Shown here piece after piece: positions 9,747 through 20,299 of a stretch of DNA of 64,000 nt. Origin of the DNA: a virus (Duplodnaviria > Caudoviricetes); IMG/VR virus record IMGVR_UViG_3300044726_000026, positions 464 through 64,463 of that record. One strand, written 5' to 3'. The position numbers and the translations under genes are program-made. The first letter of the stretch is position 1. Each line of letters begins with the position of its first letter. Below the pieces are notes generated by a model. The model did no database searches. It had not been told where the DNA came from and was given only the letters and a program-made list of their open reading frames with translations.

Positions 9747-11252
9747 ATGCCAGGAAGTAACTTCCACCAAACACTGGTTCAGCGGCGCTCCTTTGCGCGA
9801 CGCTGTTCGAACGATCTCCACGAATATCAGAGTAAACTCGCGATCCCTTTCCTCATGGATAACCCGTTCAGCGCGGCGTTCATGGACATGGGCCTCGGGA
9901 AAACTGTCGCGATCCTGACTGTCCTGCAACGCCTGTTCACGAGAGGACAGATCAACAAGGTTCTGATTATCGCTCCGCTACGTGTAGCCGTGCAGACATG
10001 GCCGCTCGAACTCAAGGAGTGGTCGCATACATGGTGGATGACCTACACCCTCATCCGCGCCAACGAACGCCACCCCGGTCTGCTAGACGCTCAATCGCAA
10101 GCGCGCAAGGCCAACCCACTCGCAGCCAACCACGCATCCGGTAAGGCCAAGACCGCTCATATCGAATTGCAGCGGCGGGAACTGGCCTCACAACCAACCA
10201 TGATCCACATCATCAACCGGGAAGCCGTCGATTGGCTGGTGAAGTTCCACGGCAAGAACTGGCCGTACGACACGGTGATCGTGGACGAGAGCAAAAACTT
10301 CGCCGACAAGAACGCCGCCCGATGGAAGGCGCTGAACAAGGTGCGGGCGTTTATGACGCGGATGCACCTGTTGAGCGGGGTACCCGCGCCCGAAGGGATC
10401 GAGAACTACTTCGCGCAGATTTACCTTCTGGACCGGGGTGAACGCTTCGGCAGGAGCCTGACCGCGTTCCGCGAGAACTACATGATCCACCAGCCCTGGC
10501 AACACCGTTGGATACCTCGCGACGGCGCGGCGCTTCAGGTCGCGAACAAGATCAAAGACCTCTGCATCGTCATGCGGGAAGAGGACTTCCTGAAGCGGGA
10601 CAAGGCCATCGTCATCGAGCGACCCATCCTGCTTGAACCGGATGAACTCGGGCTGTACGAAGAGTTTGAACGAACCATGATCCTCGATCTGCCCGAAGCC
10701 GAGATCGAAGCCAAGAGCGGCGGGTCGCTGGCCGGGAAGTTACTTCAGATGGCGAGCGGCGCGGTCTACGACGAAACCGGGGTGTGGCATCACATCCACG
10801 ATCACAAGATCGAGGAACTGAAGGAGTTGGTCGCTGAGTCGCAGGGGTCGCCGCTGTTGGTGGCGTACTGGCACCGGTCTTCGCTGGAGCGGTTGCAGAA
10901 GGCTTTCCCCAAGGCGATCAAGATGGATCGCGAGGGGCGGTGTGTGAAGCCGTGGAACGAGGGCAAGATCAAGATGCTCTTGGTGCATCCGCGTAGCGCC
11001 GGTCATGGCCTGAACATGCAGCACGGTCCCGGCCATATCCTGATATGGTTTGACAATCCGATGCCTTTGGATGATTATTTGCAGATGAACAAACGCCTTG
11101 ATCGACCAGGGCAGAAGAAGATCGTCCGTGTCTACCATCTGGTCGCCAGGGATACTGTTGACGCTACTGTCGTACCGGTCCTGCGCGGAAAGGATGACGC
11201 CCAGGATGCGGTGAAGAAATACATCCGCGATCTCAGAGGGAAATGGAAGTAA
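9747..11252 (+). CDS. SNF2/SF2 helicase
   Basis: MDMGLGKT, VIVDES, SAGHGLNMQ, QMNKRLDRPGQ. Confidence 0.9.
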   Translation: MPGSNFHQTLVQRRSFARRCSNDLHEYQSKLAIPFLMDNPFSAAFMDMGLGKTVAILTVLQRLFTRGQINKVLIIAPLRVAVQTWPLELKEWSHTWWMTYTLIRANERHPGLLDAQSQARKANPLAANHASGKAKTAHIELQRRELASQPTMIHIINREAVDWLVKFHGKNWPYDTVIVDESKNFADKNAARWKALNKVRAFMTRMHLLSGVPAPEGIENYFAQIYLLDRGERFGRSLTAFRENYMIHQPWQHRWIPRDGAALQVANKIKDLCIVMREEDFLKRDKAIVIERPILLEPDELGLYEEFERTMILDLPEAEIEAKSGGSLAGKLLQMASGAVYDETGVWHHIHDHKIEELKELVAESQGSPLLVAYWHRSSLERLQKAFPKAIKMDREGRCVKPWNEGKIKMLLVHPRSAGHGLNMQHGPGHILIWFDNPMPLDDYLQMNKRLDRPGQKKIVRVYHLVARDTVDATVVPVLRGKDDAQDAVKKYIRDLRGKWK

Positions 11253-11258
11253 CTTCCA

Positions 11259-11888
11259 ATGCCACCGACCGACAATGAACTGCTGGTGATGGGCGGCACG
11301 GTCACTGATCTTGCCGCCCTCTTCGGGATAGACCGGAAGGAGGTCCGCAGCCGGATCGGGGATATCCCGCCGCGCTCTAAGCGAGGCAACCTCGATGTGT
11401 GGCGAGTGCGGGACGTAGCGCCTCGGCTCGTCAAGATGGACGACAGCATGACCGATCTGGTGCGCCGCGTCTTGGCCACGCACCACACCGATTTGCCCAA
11501 GATGCTGTCGAAAGAGTTCTGGTATGGGCAGAACCAACGGCTGAAATATCTTCAGTCCGTTGGTGAACTGTGGGATACCGCCGCGATAGTTGATCTCTGC
11601 GGTGAGGTATTCAAGACGCTGCGCCTGTCGCTGATGCTATCGGCGGATGCGGTAGGTCGTGAAACCGATCTGTCACTGAAGCAGCGGCACATCATTGAAA
11701 CCCTGATGCACACTGCCCTCAACGATGTTCGGGAGAAGCTAGTTGTCCGTCTCAGTGAACTCCGACCAGTCTCCCAGGGGAAAGCGTTTGCACCGAAAGA
11801 AAGTGCAGCCGATAATGGAGATAGTGGGTCAGGTTATGACCCCTGGGGAGGACTCGGCCCCCCTGAAGAGGGAGACGACGAATTTTGA
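11259..11888 (+). CDS. terminase small subunit (DUF1441/Nu1-like)
   Basis: N-terminal HTH (TVTDLAALFGIDRKEV); directly upstream of and overlapping TerL. Confidence 0.75.
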   Translation: MPPTDNELLVMGGTVTDLAALFGIDRKEVRSRIGDIPPRSKRGNLDVWRVRDVAPRLVKMDDSMTDLVRRVLATHHTDLPKMLSKEFWYGQNQRLKYLQSVGELWDTAAIVDLCGEVFKTLRLSLMLSADAVGRETDLSLKQRHIIETLMHTALNDVREKLVVRLSELRPVSQGKAFAPKESAADNGDSGSGYDPWGGLGPPEEGDDEF

Positions 11889-14010
11889 CACCGTAGAGGA
11901 TATCCTTCTCGGGCTGTCGGAACTACTCCGACCGCCCGAGCGGATCAAGATTTCCGAAGCGGCTGAGAAGTACGTCTACCTCAACAACCCCGGCTCGTAC
12001 ATCGGGCCGTATCGCAATGACATGGCTCCCTATATGGTCGAGCCTATGGATGTCTTGCAGAGCCGCACGATCTCCGCGACCGTGTTCGTCGGCCCCGCGC
12101 AGAGTGCGAAGACGCAAGGTCTGATCCTCAACTGGCTGGCATACTCGATCAAGGTTGACGGGATGGATATGATTATCTACTCCCCGACTCAATCCGCGTC
12201 GCGCGACTTCTCCATGCGGCGCGTGGATCGTATGCACCGGTATTCCCCCGCCCTCGGCGCGATGCGCCTCAAGTCGGCGTCGTACGATAACGTCTATGAC
12301 AAGCAGTACACCAACGGCATGTTGCTGAACCTCGGCCATCCTTCCGTGACCGAGTTCGCGGGCCGACCGGTGGGCCGGATCGCGTTGACCGATTACGACC
12401 GGATGCCAGACGACATCGGGGGCGATGGCTCGCCGTTCGACCTCGGCAGCAAGCGAACCACCACCTTCGGGTCGTTCGCCATGACGGTCGCGGAGTCGTC
12501 GCCCTCGCGTGCGGTGGAAGACCCGCGATGGATCGCCAACACTCCCCATGAAGCCCCGCCGTGCAAGGGTATCCTGGCGCTCTACAACCGTGGGGATCGC
12601 CGTCGCTGGTACTGGCCGTGCCCGCATTGCGGAAGTTACTTCGAAGGAAAATGGGAGCAACTGGAATGGGACGTGAAGTACAGCCCACTTGCGTCTGCGG
12701 AGACTGCGCGCCTCGTCTGCCCGGTCAACGGTTGCCGCATCGAGCAGAACAGCCGGTCGGTCATGCAGGAGTGGGGCATCTGGCTGAAGGACGGCGAAGC
12801 CCTCGATCCGAAGACCGGCAAGGTCTGCGGCCAATCCATGAGATCATCGACGGCATCATTCTGGCTCAACGGAGTGGCCGCGAACTTTACGACGTGGACG
12901 AACCTCGTCAGCGCGTACTTGAACGCTTTAGGGGACTACGAGAAAACTGGCAGTGAAGACTCGCTAAAGAAATTCTACAACACCGATTTGGGTATGCCGT
13001 TCTTGCCCAAGTCGGAAGAGAGTTCGTTGCTTCCAGAGAACCTAATGGCGAGAGCCGAGATGTTCCCGCTCGCGGAAGTAACTTCCGAACAGCGCATCGA
13101 CCGCATCTGGAACGTCAGGGTTGTCGGCGACATCATCCCCGAGCCGCTGGTGCCGCCCGACGTGCGGTTTCTCGTGGCGACCGTGGACGTGCAGAATAAC
13201 CTGTTCTCGGTTCAGGTCCACGGCATTCTGCCGGGTGAGCCGTTCGACATGATAATTCTCGACCGGTTTCAGATCCGAAAGAGCCATCGGATGGACGGCC
13301 AGGGCGAAGCCTTTTGGGTCAAACCGTCGTCGTATCTGGAGGATTGGAACGAGATCAAGACGGAGGTTATGGATCGGACCTACGCGCTGTCGGACGGGAC
13401 CGGTCGCCGCATGGCGATCCGTATGACCGGCTGTGACAGTGGCGGTCGAGAAGGCGTCACCACGAATGGCTACAATTTCTACCGGCTGTTGCGTAGCAAT
13501 GGCGACGCGGCCCGGTTCCATCTTCTGAAGGGCGATCCTTTGCCCACCCGGCCTCGGGCGCACATCCACTTCCCCGACAGCAACCGGCGGGATAAGCTGG
13601 CGGCTGCGCGCGGAGACGTGCCGGTGATGTTCCTCAATTCCAACATCCTGAAGGACGCTCTGCGAGGTCGTGTCGAGTGCATGATCCCAGGCAAGGGGAT
13701 GTTGCGTTTCGGTCGGTGGTTGCCGGATGCGTGGTACAGCGAGATGTGCGTGGAAACCCGCACCGACAAAGGTTGGCAGAACCCACAGAACCGCCGGAAC
13801 GAAGCGTGGGATTTGGCCTATTACGCCATGGGTGTCTGCGTCAGTCCGTTGATCCGTGTCGAAGGTATCGACTGGACCCGTCCGCCTGGATGGGCGGCAC
13901 CGTGGGACAACAACGACCTGATTAGCGCGGGCATAATACCGCGTTTCAAGCCCGCGTCGCGGGATGAACCGGAACTGAGTTTCGCGGATTTGGCCAGACG
14001 AATGGGGTAG
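11743..14010 (+). CDS. terminase large subunit, lambda gpA-like (true start may be 11815 or 11836)
   Basis: GPAQSAKT Walker A, TDYDR, CPHC...C zinc motif, TVDVQ nuclease motif, RNEAWD. Confidence 0.93.
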   Translation: MSVSVNSDQSPRGKRLHRKKVQPIMEIVGQVMTPGEDSAPLKRETTNFDTVEDILLGLSELLRPPERIKISEAAEKYVYLNNPGSYIGPYRNDMAPYMVEPMDVLQSRTISATVFVGPAQSAKTQGLILNWLAYSIKVDGMDMIIYSPTQSASRDFSMRRVDRMHRYSPALGAMRLKSASYDNVYDKQYTNGMLLNLGHPSVTEFAGRPVGRIALTDYDRMPDDIGGDGSPFDLGSKRTTTFGSFAMTVAESSPSRAVEDPRWIANTPHEAPPCKGILALYNRGDRRRWYWPCPHCGSYFEGKWEQLEWDVKYSPLASAETARLVCPVNGCRIEQNSRSVMQEWGIWLKDGEALDPKTGKVCGQSMRSSTASFWLNGVAANFTTWTNLVSAYLNALGDYEKTGSEDSLKKFYNTDLGMPFLPKSEESSLLPENLMARAEMFPLAEVTSEQRIDRIWNVRVVGDIIPEPLVPPDVRFLVATVDVQNNLFSVQVHGILPGEPFDMIILDRFQIRKSHRMDGQGEAFWVKPSSYLEDWNEIKTEVMDRTYALSDGTGRRMAIRMTGCDSGGREGVTTNGYNFYRLLRSNGDAARFHLLKGDPLPTRPRAHIHFPDSNRRDKLAAARGDVPVMFLNSNILKDALRGRVECMIPGKGMLRFGRWLPDAWYSEMCVETRTDKGWQNPQNRRNEAWDLAYYAMGVCVSPLIRVEGIDWTRPPGWAAPWDNNDLISAGIIPRFKPASRDEPELSFADLARRMG

Positions 14011-14034
14011 CGGAAGTTACTTCCGAGGACCGTA

Positions 14035-14063
14035 TTGCATTCCAATTACACTTCGGCTATTGT
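14035..14063 (+). promoter_or_regulatory. candidate promoter for head genes
   Basis: TTGCAT-N17-TATTGT, 10 bp after the palindrome at 14012. Confidence 0.4.
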
Positions 14064-14087
14064 GCCTTTCTCATGGGGGCCGTCCGG

Positions 14088-14321
14088 ATGCCTGACTTTG
14101 ATCCCTGCCAACTACTGCGCGATGCGGATAAAGCCTGGTTCGAATTGAACACGGGCGGAGCCGTGCGTATGGTCCGCGATCAGAATGGCGAACAGATCGA
14201 ATATTCATCCGCCAACCGGGCCGGTCTGCTGAACATGATCTACGCTTTGCAGAAACTCTGCCCCACCTACACGTCAATCGCGTTGCCGCCCGGTCCTCGT
14301 CCCATGAAATATTTCTACTAA
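14088..14321 (+). CDS. head-to-tail joining protein, gpW-like
   Basis: L.TGGAVRMVRDQNGEQIEYS.AN; between TerL and portal. Confidence 0.8.
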   Translation: MPDFDPCQLLRDADKAWFELNTGGAVRMVRDQNGEQIEYSSANRAGLLNMIYALQKLCPTYTSIALPPGPRPMKYFY

Positions 14322-15958
14322 TGGCGAACGCATCCGCCATCATCCTCGACAGCGGGGCGCTTGAAGGCGCGGATAAGTTCAGCCGTGAGACGGCGCTGTG
14401 GTCGCCGTCGATGGGTTCACCGGATCAGGTCATCAACAACGCGAAACCGATGGCGGATGCCAGAGGTCGCGATACCGTCCGCAACAGCGGCATGGCTTAC
14501 GGCGCGGTGGCGTTGCACAAGGACGGCATCGTCGGAGCGCAATACCGGTTGAACGCCACACCGCACTGGCGGTTCCTGTCGGCCTATTCCAAAGGCTTCG
14601 ATGAAACCTGGGCTGATGAATTTCAACAGATCGTCGAAGCCCGTTTCAGTATGCTTGCCGACAGCGAGAAATGTTGGCTGGACGCTCAAGGCGTCAACAC
14701 CTTGACCGGCCTCGTGCGGCTGGCGATAGGTGTGTTCCTGATTACCGGCGAGGTCATCGGCTCGGTCGAGTGGCTTCGCAAACCTAACCGGCCCATCAAC
14801 ACCGCGTTTCAGATGGTCAGTAGCGACAGACTGTGCAACCCCAACGGTATGTCGGACGACCGCTTTATGAGACGCGGTGTTGAGCGTGATGCCAATGGTC
14901 AGGCTCTCGCCTATCATTTCCGCATGGGCGATCAGTTTGACCATTTCAGCGGTGCGTTTTCGGCGACGTGGCGACGGGTTCCCGCCGAGAAGCCGTGGGG
15001 TCGCAAACAGGTCATCCACATCATCGAACAGGGGATGATGGATCAGACCCGTGGCATATCCGACATGGTTGCCACGTTGAAGAACATGCGGATGACCAAG
15101 AAGTTCGCAGAGGTCACTTTGCAGAACGCGGTCATCAACGCGACTTATGCTGCCGCCATCGAGTCGGAATTACCGAACGACATGGTTGCTGCGGCGCTCG
15201 GACAGGCCGGTGGTGACACGAACGCCGGTATGCTCGGCATGTATCGCTCCTACATGGGAGCCTTGGGCGAGTACCTCGACGCCGCGAACAACATTCGCAT
15301 CGACGGCGCGATGATCCCCCACCTTTTCCCCGGAACCAAACTCAATATGCAGCCCGCCAAGACTACGGGCGGGATAGGCACGTCTTTCGAAGAGAGTCTG
15401 TTGCGTCATACGGCGGCATCGCTCGGGCTGTCGTACGAAGAGTTCTCACGAGACTTCAGCAAGACCAATTATTCCAGCGGCAAGGCCGCGATGGGTGTCT
15501 CGCAGAAGTTCATGGCCTCGCGCAAGAAGCATGTCGCGGATCGGTTCGCGTGTGACCTCTACGCTCTGGTACTGGAAGAAGAGATGTCCAACGGCAACGT
15601 ACCGTTGCCTCGCGGCCAGAAGCGCGATGTTTTCTACCGAGATAATGGGATGGCTAAAGAGGCGTTCACCCGCTGTCAGTGGATCGGGTCTGGGTCTGGA
15701 CAGGTCGATGAACTGCGGGAGACGCAAGCGGCTGGTCTGCGGATCGCCATGGGTATCTCCACCTATGCGCTTGAAGGTGCTCGCCTTGGTATCGACTGGC
15801 GTGAACTCTTCGAGCAATGCGCGCGTGAACGGGCGCTAATGGACAAATACGGTCTGACGTTCGACATGACGACGACGAAGCCAACCGGCGCTTCGGCAAC
15901 GGCGGCGGACCCAGAGGCGGATGCCGGTTCCAAGCCCACCGAAGCCGCAGCGGCATGA
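14321..15958 (+). CDS. portal protein, lambda family
   Basis: ARGRDTVRNS, QTRGIS, DFSKTNYSS, VDELRE. Confidence 0.92.
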   Translation: MANASAIILDSGALEGADKFSRETALWSPSMGSPDQVINNAKPMADARGRDTVRNSGMAYGAVALHKDGIVGAQYRLNATPHWRFLSAYSKGFDETWADEFQQIVEARFSMLADSEKCWLDAQGVNTLTGLVRLAIGVFLITGEVIGSVEWLRKPNRPINTAFQMVSSDRLCNPNGMSDDRFMRRGVERDANGQALAYHFRMGDQFDHFSGAFSATWRRVPAEKPWGRKQVIHIIEQGMMDQTRGISDMVATLKNMRMTKKFAEVTLQNAVINATYAAAIESELPNDMVAAALGQAGGDTNAGMLGMYRSYMGALGEYLDAANNIRIDGAMIPHLFPGTKLNMQPAKTTGGIGTSFEESLLRHTAASLGLSYEEFSRDFSKTNYSSGKAAMGVSQKFMASRKKHVADRFACDLYALVLEEEMSNGNVPLPRGQKRDVFYRDNGMAKEAFTRCQWIGSGSGQVDELRETQAAGLRIAMGISTYALEGARLGIDWRELFEQCARERALMDKYGLTFDMTTTKPTGASATAADPEADAGSKPTEAAAA

Positions 15959-15982
15959 CCTCGTTTTTGGAAGTAACTTCCG

Positions 15983-16306
15983 ATGTATGATCCTCTCAAC
16001 ACCCGTCTCCCGCTGCTCCATTCCGGCATGAGCATCGCGCTCCGTGATACTTTTGACGCGGACGACGACATTTGGGTTCCGTTGGAATATGGCGGCGTAA
16101 GCTGTCGGGCCAATGCTCTCGGCTCGCTCCCGTCTCACGCTCGCATCCCGGTGCTTAATGGTGGATTGACTTTATCCCCGGCCCAGATCACGGCGATCAA
16201 TCCCGGCTCGGCAAATCTACTCGGGTTGGAAAATCAATCCGGTAATTGGGAGTGGGAAAACGGCAGTCCCGTGACATGGCCGGAAGGGGGCACTCCGAAT
16301 GCCTAA
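15983..16306 (+). CDS. hypothetical (probably virion) protein
   Basis: Fills the gap after portal; overlaps the next start. Confidence 0.6.
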   Translation: MYDPLNTRLPLLHSGMSIALRDTFDADDDIWVPLEYGGVSCRANALGSLPSHARIPVLNGGLTLSPAQITAINPGSANLLGLENQSGNWEWENGSPVTWPEGGTPNA

Positions 16307-17741
16307 TATTTCGATACTCGCTGCTGACACAGTTATCGAACCAGACGACACGTTTTTTGTGCCAGCCGCCAAGCTGGCAGATACCGGTTCGTACAAAGTA
16401 AACTTGCCACAGCCCGCCGACACGGAACCTCGCATGAATGGCGAGGTTGATATCGGAACCAGTAAAACCTGGGCGCGGGCTGACCACGTTCATCCACCCA
16501 ACACGGCCATGTTGGATACGATGAGAGAGTACGTGGATACTCAGAACAGCGCGTTGCAAGAGCAAATCTCTTCGCTGGCGCAGAACCTTCGGTTTGTTGG
16601 TCAGGTCGATGTGGTGGCTGACAACGTGAAGTTTACTTCCGGGTCCGGCATCACGCCAAGCCCTGGACCGCTGCCAACAGCTTCACCGGACTACATCGGG
16701 TTTTACGTCATCGTCGTGGTGGCGGGTCAGCCGCCAGCCGGTTCGAATATCCCAACAGACGACTACGTGATGCACGATTGGATCGTGTGCGATGGTGCCG
16801 TCTGGCAGCGGCTCGACGTTGGGGCGACGGCTTCCACCGCGTCCACGACCGCCGTGACTCCGGCGATTGCTGGCATGGATGATGTTCAAGAAGTTCTTGA
16901 AGTCCTCTACGCCGACATGCCGTTGGCCTCGGAAACAGTGCCGTTGATGGATGGCGTCGCTTCGGTAGGCACGAGCGATATGTGGTCGCCGGGGGATCAT
17001 GTACATCCAACTGATACCTCGCGTTATGCCGCCAGTAATCCGGCGGGATATGTAGACCATGCCGGTGCGGCTGCGGCGGCTCCGGTGCAATCGGTGGCCG
17101 GTAGACCGGGTGCTGTCACGCTGACGCACACCGACATCACTGATTGGACGGCTACGCTACAACCGTACGCGTTGTCTACGACCGTGCCGCTACCGTCCTC
17201 GACCGTGCCGAAGGTGGCCGGTACCGCGGCCACGGGGATCGAGACGAATTGGTCACGAGGGGATCACGTACACCCCGTGGACAACTCACGTCTCCCGAGG
17301 AAAGGGGTTGTGGACGGTAGTAGTGCTGCCGCTGGTGATATCGGTGAGTACATCGTGATGAGCAACACCACGGGTGTCGCCATGGTCACGAATGTCGCCG
17401 CGTCGATCAGTTCCATCGCCTTGACGGCGGGTGATTGGGAAATTTGGGGTGCCATTGATTTCCGGCCAGCGGCGGGTGTCAGCCCGAACATGGTCGCGGC
17501 GTCGATCAGCGTTACTCCAAACGCCTTGCCGAGTGACGCCGATCTGATGACCGGCGTCGGCATCCTGAACATGATTACGACCAACGCCCTCACATCAGGC
17601 CAGCGTCAGATGCTTATGACCGGTCAATGTCGTTCTAATTCCGCCACGCCCATCACGCTCTACCTCGTTGGTCAGGTGACACTCGGCGGGGCCGGTGCGC
17701 TGAACGGCAAGGGGTACATCTGCGCTAGGCGCGTGAGATGA
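16299..17741 (+). CDS. fibre-like virion protein with three W-x-x-(A/G)DHVHP repeats
   Basis: WARADHVHP, WSPGDHVHP, WSRGDHVHP; VQSVAGRPGAVTL fibre-like motif. Confidence 0.65.
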   Translation: MPNISILAADTVIEPDDTFFVPAAKLADTGSYKVNLPQPADTEPRMNGEVDIGTSKTWARADHVHPPNTAMLDTMREYVDTQNSALQEQISSLAQNLRFVGQVDVVADNVKFTSGSGITPSPGPLPTASPDYIGFYVIVVVAGQPPAGSNIPTDDYVMHDWIVCDGAVWQRLDVGATASTASTTAVTPAIAGMDDVQEVLEVLYADMPLASETVPLMDGVASVGTSDMWSPGDHVHPTDTSRYAASNPAGYVDHAGAAAAAPVQSVAGRPGAVTLTHTDITDWTATLQPYALSTTVPLPSSTVPKVAGTAATGIETNWSRGDHVHPVDNSRLPRKGVVDGSSAAAGDIGEYIVMSNTTGVAMVTNVAASISSIALTAGDWEIWGAIDFRPAAGVSPNMVAASISVTPNALPSDADLMTGVGILNMITTNALTSGQRQMLMTGQCRSNSATPITLYLVGQVTLGGAGALNGKGYICARRVR

Positions 17742-17908
17742 ACCTCATCATCATTCTGCTTGTCGTACTTCTGCTCTTCGGCGGGCTTGGCGGTGGGTAC
17801 TACTACGGGCCGCGAGCCGGTTGGGGAAACACACATTACCTCGGCGGGGGTGTTGGTCTGGTCTTGCTGGTCGTGCTTATCCTCGTTCTGTTTGGAGGTT
17901 GGAGATGA
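17738..17908 (+). CDS. small 2-TM membrane protein, DUF3309-like
   Basis: Not in the ORF track (56 aa): MNLIIILLVVLLLFGGLGGGYYYGPRAGWGNTHYLGGGVGLVLLVVLILVLFGGWR; ATGA overlaps at both ends. Confidence 0.7.
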   Translation: MNLIIILLVVLLLFGGLGGGYYYGPRAGWGNTHYLGGGVGLVLLVVLILVLFGGWR

Positions 17909-18075
17909 GCATCGGTCTGCTGTTCTGGGTGTTGATGGTCATATGGGTTGTGTTCTGGGGGTGGGGACGGACACCGGGGGGTCAGCAGTACTGGCCGGTC
18001 TATCACGGCTGGCTGATCTTCATCCTGTTGTTCCTTTTGGGCTGGCGTCTCTTCGGTTTCGTCATTCACGACTAG
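17905..18075 (+). CDS. small 2-TM membrane protein
   Basis: MSIGLLFWVLMVIW...WLIFILLFLLGWRLFG; GGAGG RBS. Confidence 0.7.
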   Translation: MSIGLLFWVLMVIWVVFWGWGRTPGGQQYWPVYHGWLIFILLFLLGWRLFGFVIHD

Positions 18076-18085
18076 GAGAAACCGA

Positions 18086-19462
18086 ATGAGTAAATATCAA
18101 GCCCGTGTCGCGCTTAACCAACTGGTCGGTCATCCGGCCTTGGTGGCACCGGCGTACGTGAACCAAGGCGTGTCCATCGGATCGGAAGTTACTTCCAGTT
18201 TGATGCTGGACGATTTGCGCGACCTCGCCGCCCTGGTTGAAGCTGAAGAGATCGCCAAGGACGCCGAGAGGCGGACTGTGCTTGCCTCGTCTTATGGCTA
18301 CGAGGAAAGCGGTACTAAGCCTTTCGTTTTCGCGGAAGGTAACGCCATCATCCCCGTCCACGGTTTGTTAATCAATCGGTTTTCCGGTTCGTACGGGTTC
18401 GTCACCGGCTACAACTTCATCCGTAAACAGGCGCTCGCGGCTAGTGCCGATCCCGACGTGAAGACGATCATCTACGATGTGAACAGCAATGGCGGCACGG
18501 TAGCTGGCTGTGAGGAAACAGCCGATCTGATTTACGGATTGAATGCTGCCCAGGGGGGTAAGCCCTCGGTGGCGGTAGTTGACGCCAACTGTTATTCGGC
18601 GGCATATATGCTCGCATCGCAAGCCGATCATATCGCGATTACGCCTTCGGGCGGCGCGGGCAGTGTCGGTGTCGTGATGATGCACGTAGACGTGTCGAAG
18701 GCGCTGGAAGACTTCGGGGTGAAAGTCACCTTCATCCACGCCGGGGAACACAAGGTTGACGGCAATATGTTTGAGCCGTTGAGCGATGAGGTAAAGGCCG
18801 ATCTTCAGGCCGAGGTAGATGCCGCGTACGACACCTTCGTCGCCAAGGTCGCACGCGGACGATCCATCAGCGACGAAGACGTGCGTGAGACTGAGGCGCG
18901 GGCCTATGGCGCGCAAGACGCACTGGCTCTCGGGCTGGTGGATGCCGTTAGCAATCCGTCCGAGGCGGTGGCGTCTTATACCGCCGCTGTTGCTACTGAT
19001 GACGATCAACCTGAAAGCGAGGAAAACATGGCTCTCAAGCCCGCCGCCGCAGCCGATACGGAAGTAACTTCCGCCGCTGCAATCGAAGCCGCTGCGAATA
19101 CCGCCGCTCTTGCCGCGCGTACGGCGGAACGTCAGCGCGTGAAAGGTATCCAGGGTCACGCCGAGGCGGCTGGCCGTGAGACGCTTGCCGCGCATCTGGC
19201 GATGAACACCGACCTCGACGTGGAGACGGCGGGCGGTATCCTGGCGGCATCTCCGAAAGCTGTCGCGGCTGCGGTCGTGGACCCGAAGGACGAGAACCAC
19301 TTCCAGAAAGCCATGGACAAGGGCAAACAGCCGGAACTCGGCATGAGTGAAGGCGAAAGCGATGGCGAGGACGAGTCCGATGAAGCCAAGGATCGCAAGC
19401 GCGCCAAGTCCATCCTGATGTTGCAGCATGGTCCGAAGCGCGAAGCGAAGACCGCCCACTAA
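18086..19462 (+). CDS. S49 (SppA/gpC-like) prohead protease with C-terminal scaffold region
   Basis: DVNSNGG, CYSAAY, AGSVGV, AGEHK. Confidence 0.92.
   Translation: MSKYQARVALNQLVGHPALVAPAYVNQGVSIGSEVTSSLMLDDLRDLAALVEAEEIAKDAERRTVLASSYGYEESGTKPFVFAEGNAIIPVHGLLINRFSGSYGFVTGYNFIRKQALAASADPDVKTIIYDVNSNGGTVAGCEETADLIYGLNAAQGGKPSVAVVDANCYSAAYMLASQADHIAITPSGGAGSVGVVMMHVDVSKALEDFGVKVTFIHAGEHKVDGNMFEPLSDEVKADLQAEVDAAYDTFVAKVARGRSISDEDVRETEARAYGAQDALALGLVDAVSNPSEAVASYTAAVATDDDQPESEENMALKPAAAADTEVTSAAAIEAAANTAALAARTAERQRVKGIQGHAEAAGRETLAAHLAMNTDLDVETAGGILAASPKAVAAAVVDPKDENHFQKAMDKGKQPELGMSEGESDGEDESDEAKDRKRAKSILMLQHGPKREAKTAH
19028..19462 (+). CDS. putative nested scaffold protein (Nu3-like), in-frame internal start
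   Basis: GAGGAAAAC-ATG in frame after an acidic linker; AERQRV..I motif. Confidence 0.5.
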   Translation: MALKPAAAADTEVTSAAAIEAAANTAALAARTAERQRVKGIQGHAEAAGRETLAAHLAMNTDLDVETAGGILAASPKAVAAAVVDPKDENHFQKAMDKGKQPELGMSEGESDGEDESDEAKDRKRAKSILMLQHGPKREAKTAH

Positions 19463-19489
19463 TACGCCTCTAACAGAAGGATCGCTTTA

Positions 19490-20230
19490 ATGCCGTACCC
19501 TAATCTCCTGGCCGGGGGCGTCACTGACGAAGGCGCTTTTGTACCGTTCGAACTGTATGCCGGTGAGTCTGATATCGTCACGAGCCAAGGTGTCGTCGGT
19601 GCTGCTCCTATCGGTCAGTTCGTTCCCGTTGCCCGTAACGAGAGCGACCAGATCGTGGCATGGTCCGATGTTACTGGTGCCGCCACCATCCAAGGCACCT
19701 TCTCTGGTGTCGGGACCGCCGCTGATACCATTGTCCTCAACGGTATCACGTTCACGCTGGTCGCTGCTTCGGCGAACTCGCATCAGGTGACAATTGGTGC
19801 CACGCCGACCGCTACCGCCACCAACCTCGTCACGATGGTTAATGCGGTTCCCGATGAGGTCGCGATGCGTGCGACCAACGTCGTCGCTGGCGTGGCTGGT
19901 CCGACCGTGACGTTCGTCGCGTTGACGCCTGGACCGGATGGCAACGCCATCACTCTTTCGGAAGTGGGTACCGGGTTCTCGTTCGCGGGTGCTGCGACCA
20001 CGCTCGCGGGCGGCAGCTACGAGTCCGAGAATATGGCCATCGGCATCTCGGCGCAACCGGCTGTCGCCGGGGATAACATCCCGTACTTCGTTGGTGGTTC
20101 GTTCAACTGGAAAGCCATCTCTTGGCCCTCTTCGATCACCACATTGGCACAGGCCCGCCGTGTGTTCGACCGGACGCCGATCCACATTGATAAGCTGCTC
20201 GGTACGTCAGCCCGTATGACTATTCCGTAA
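19490..20230 (+). CDS. head decoration protein (gpD-like) with an inserted domain
   Basis: Between protease and MCP; gpD-like ends (LYAGES..., AIGI...YFVGGSFN..AISWP) around an extra beta-rich segment. Confidence 0.7.
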   Translation: MPYPNLLAGGVTDEGAFVPFELYAGESDIVTSQGVVGAAPIGQFVPVARNESDQIVAWSDVTGAATIQGTFSGVGTAADTIVLNGITFTLVAASANSHQVTIGATPTATATNLVTMVNAVPDEVAMRATNVVAGVAGPTVTFVALTPGPDGNAITLSEVGTGFSFAGAATTLAGGSYESENMAIGISAQPAVAGDNIPYFVGGSFNWKAISWPSSITTLAQARRVFDRTPIHIDKLLGTSARMTIP

Positions 20231-20299
20231 GTCCGGAAGTCACTTCCGTAACCGCCGTTTGCTCTTGGGCGACGGGCCGTTTATCAAGGGAAACACACA

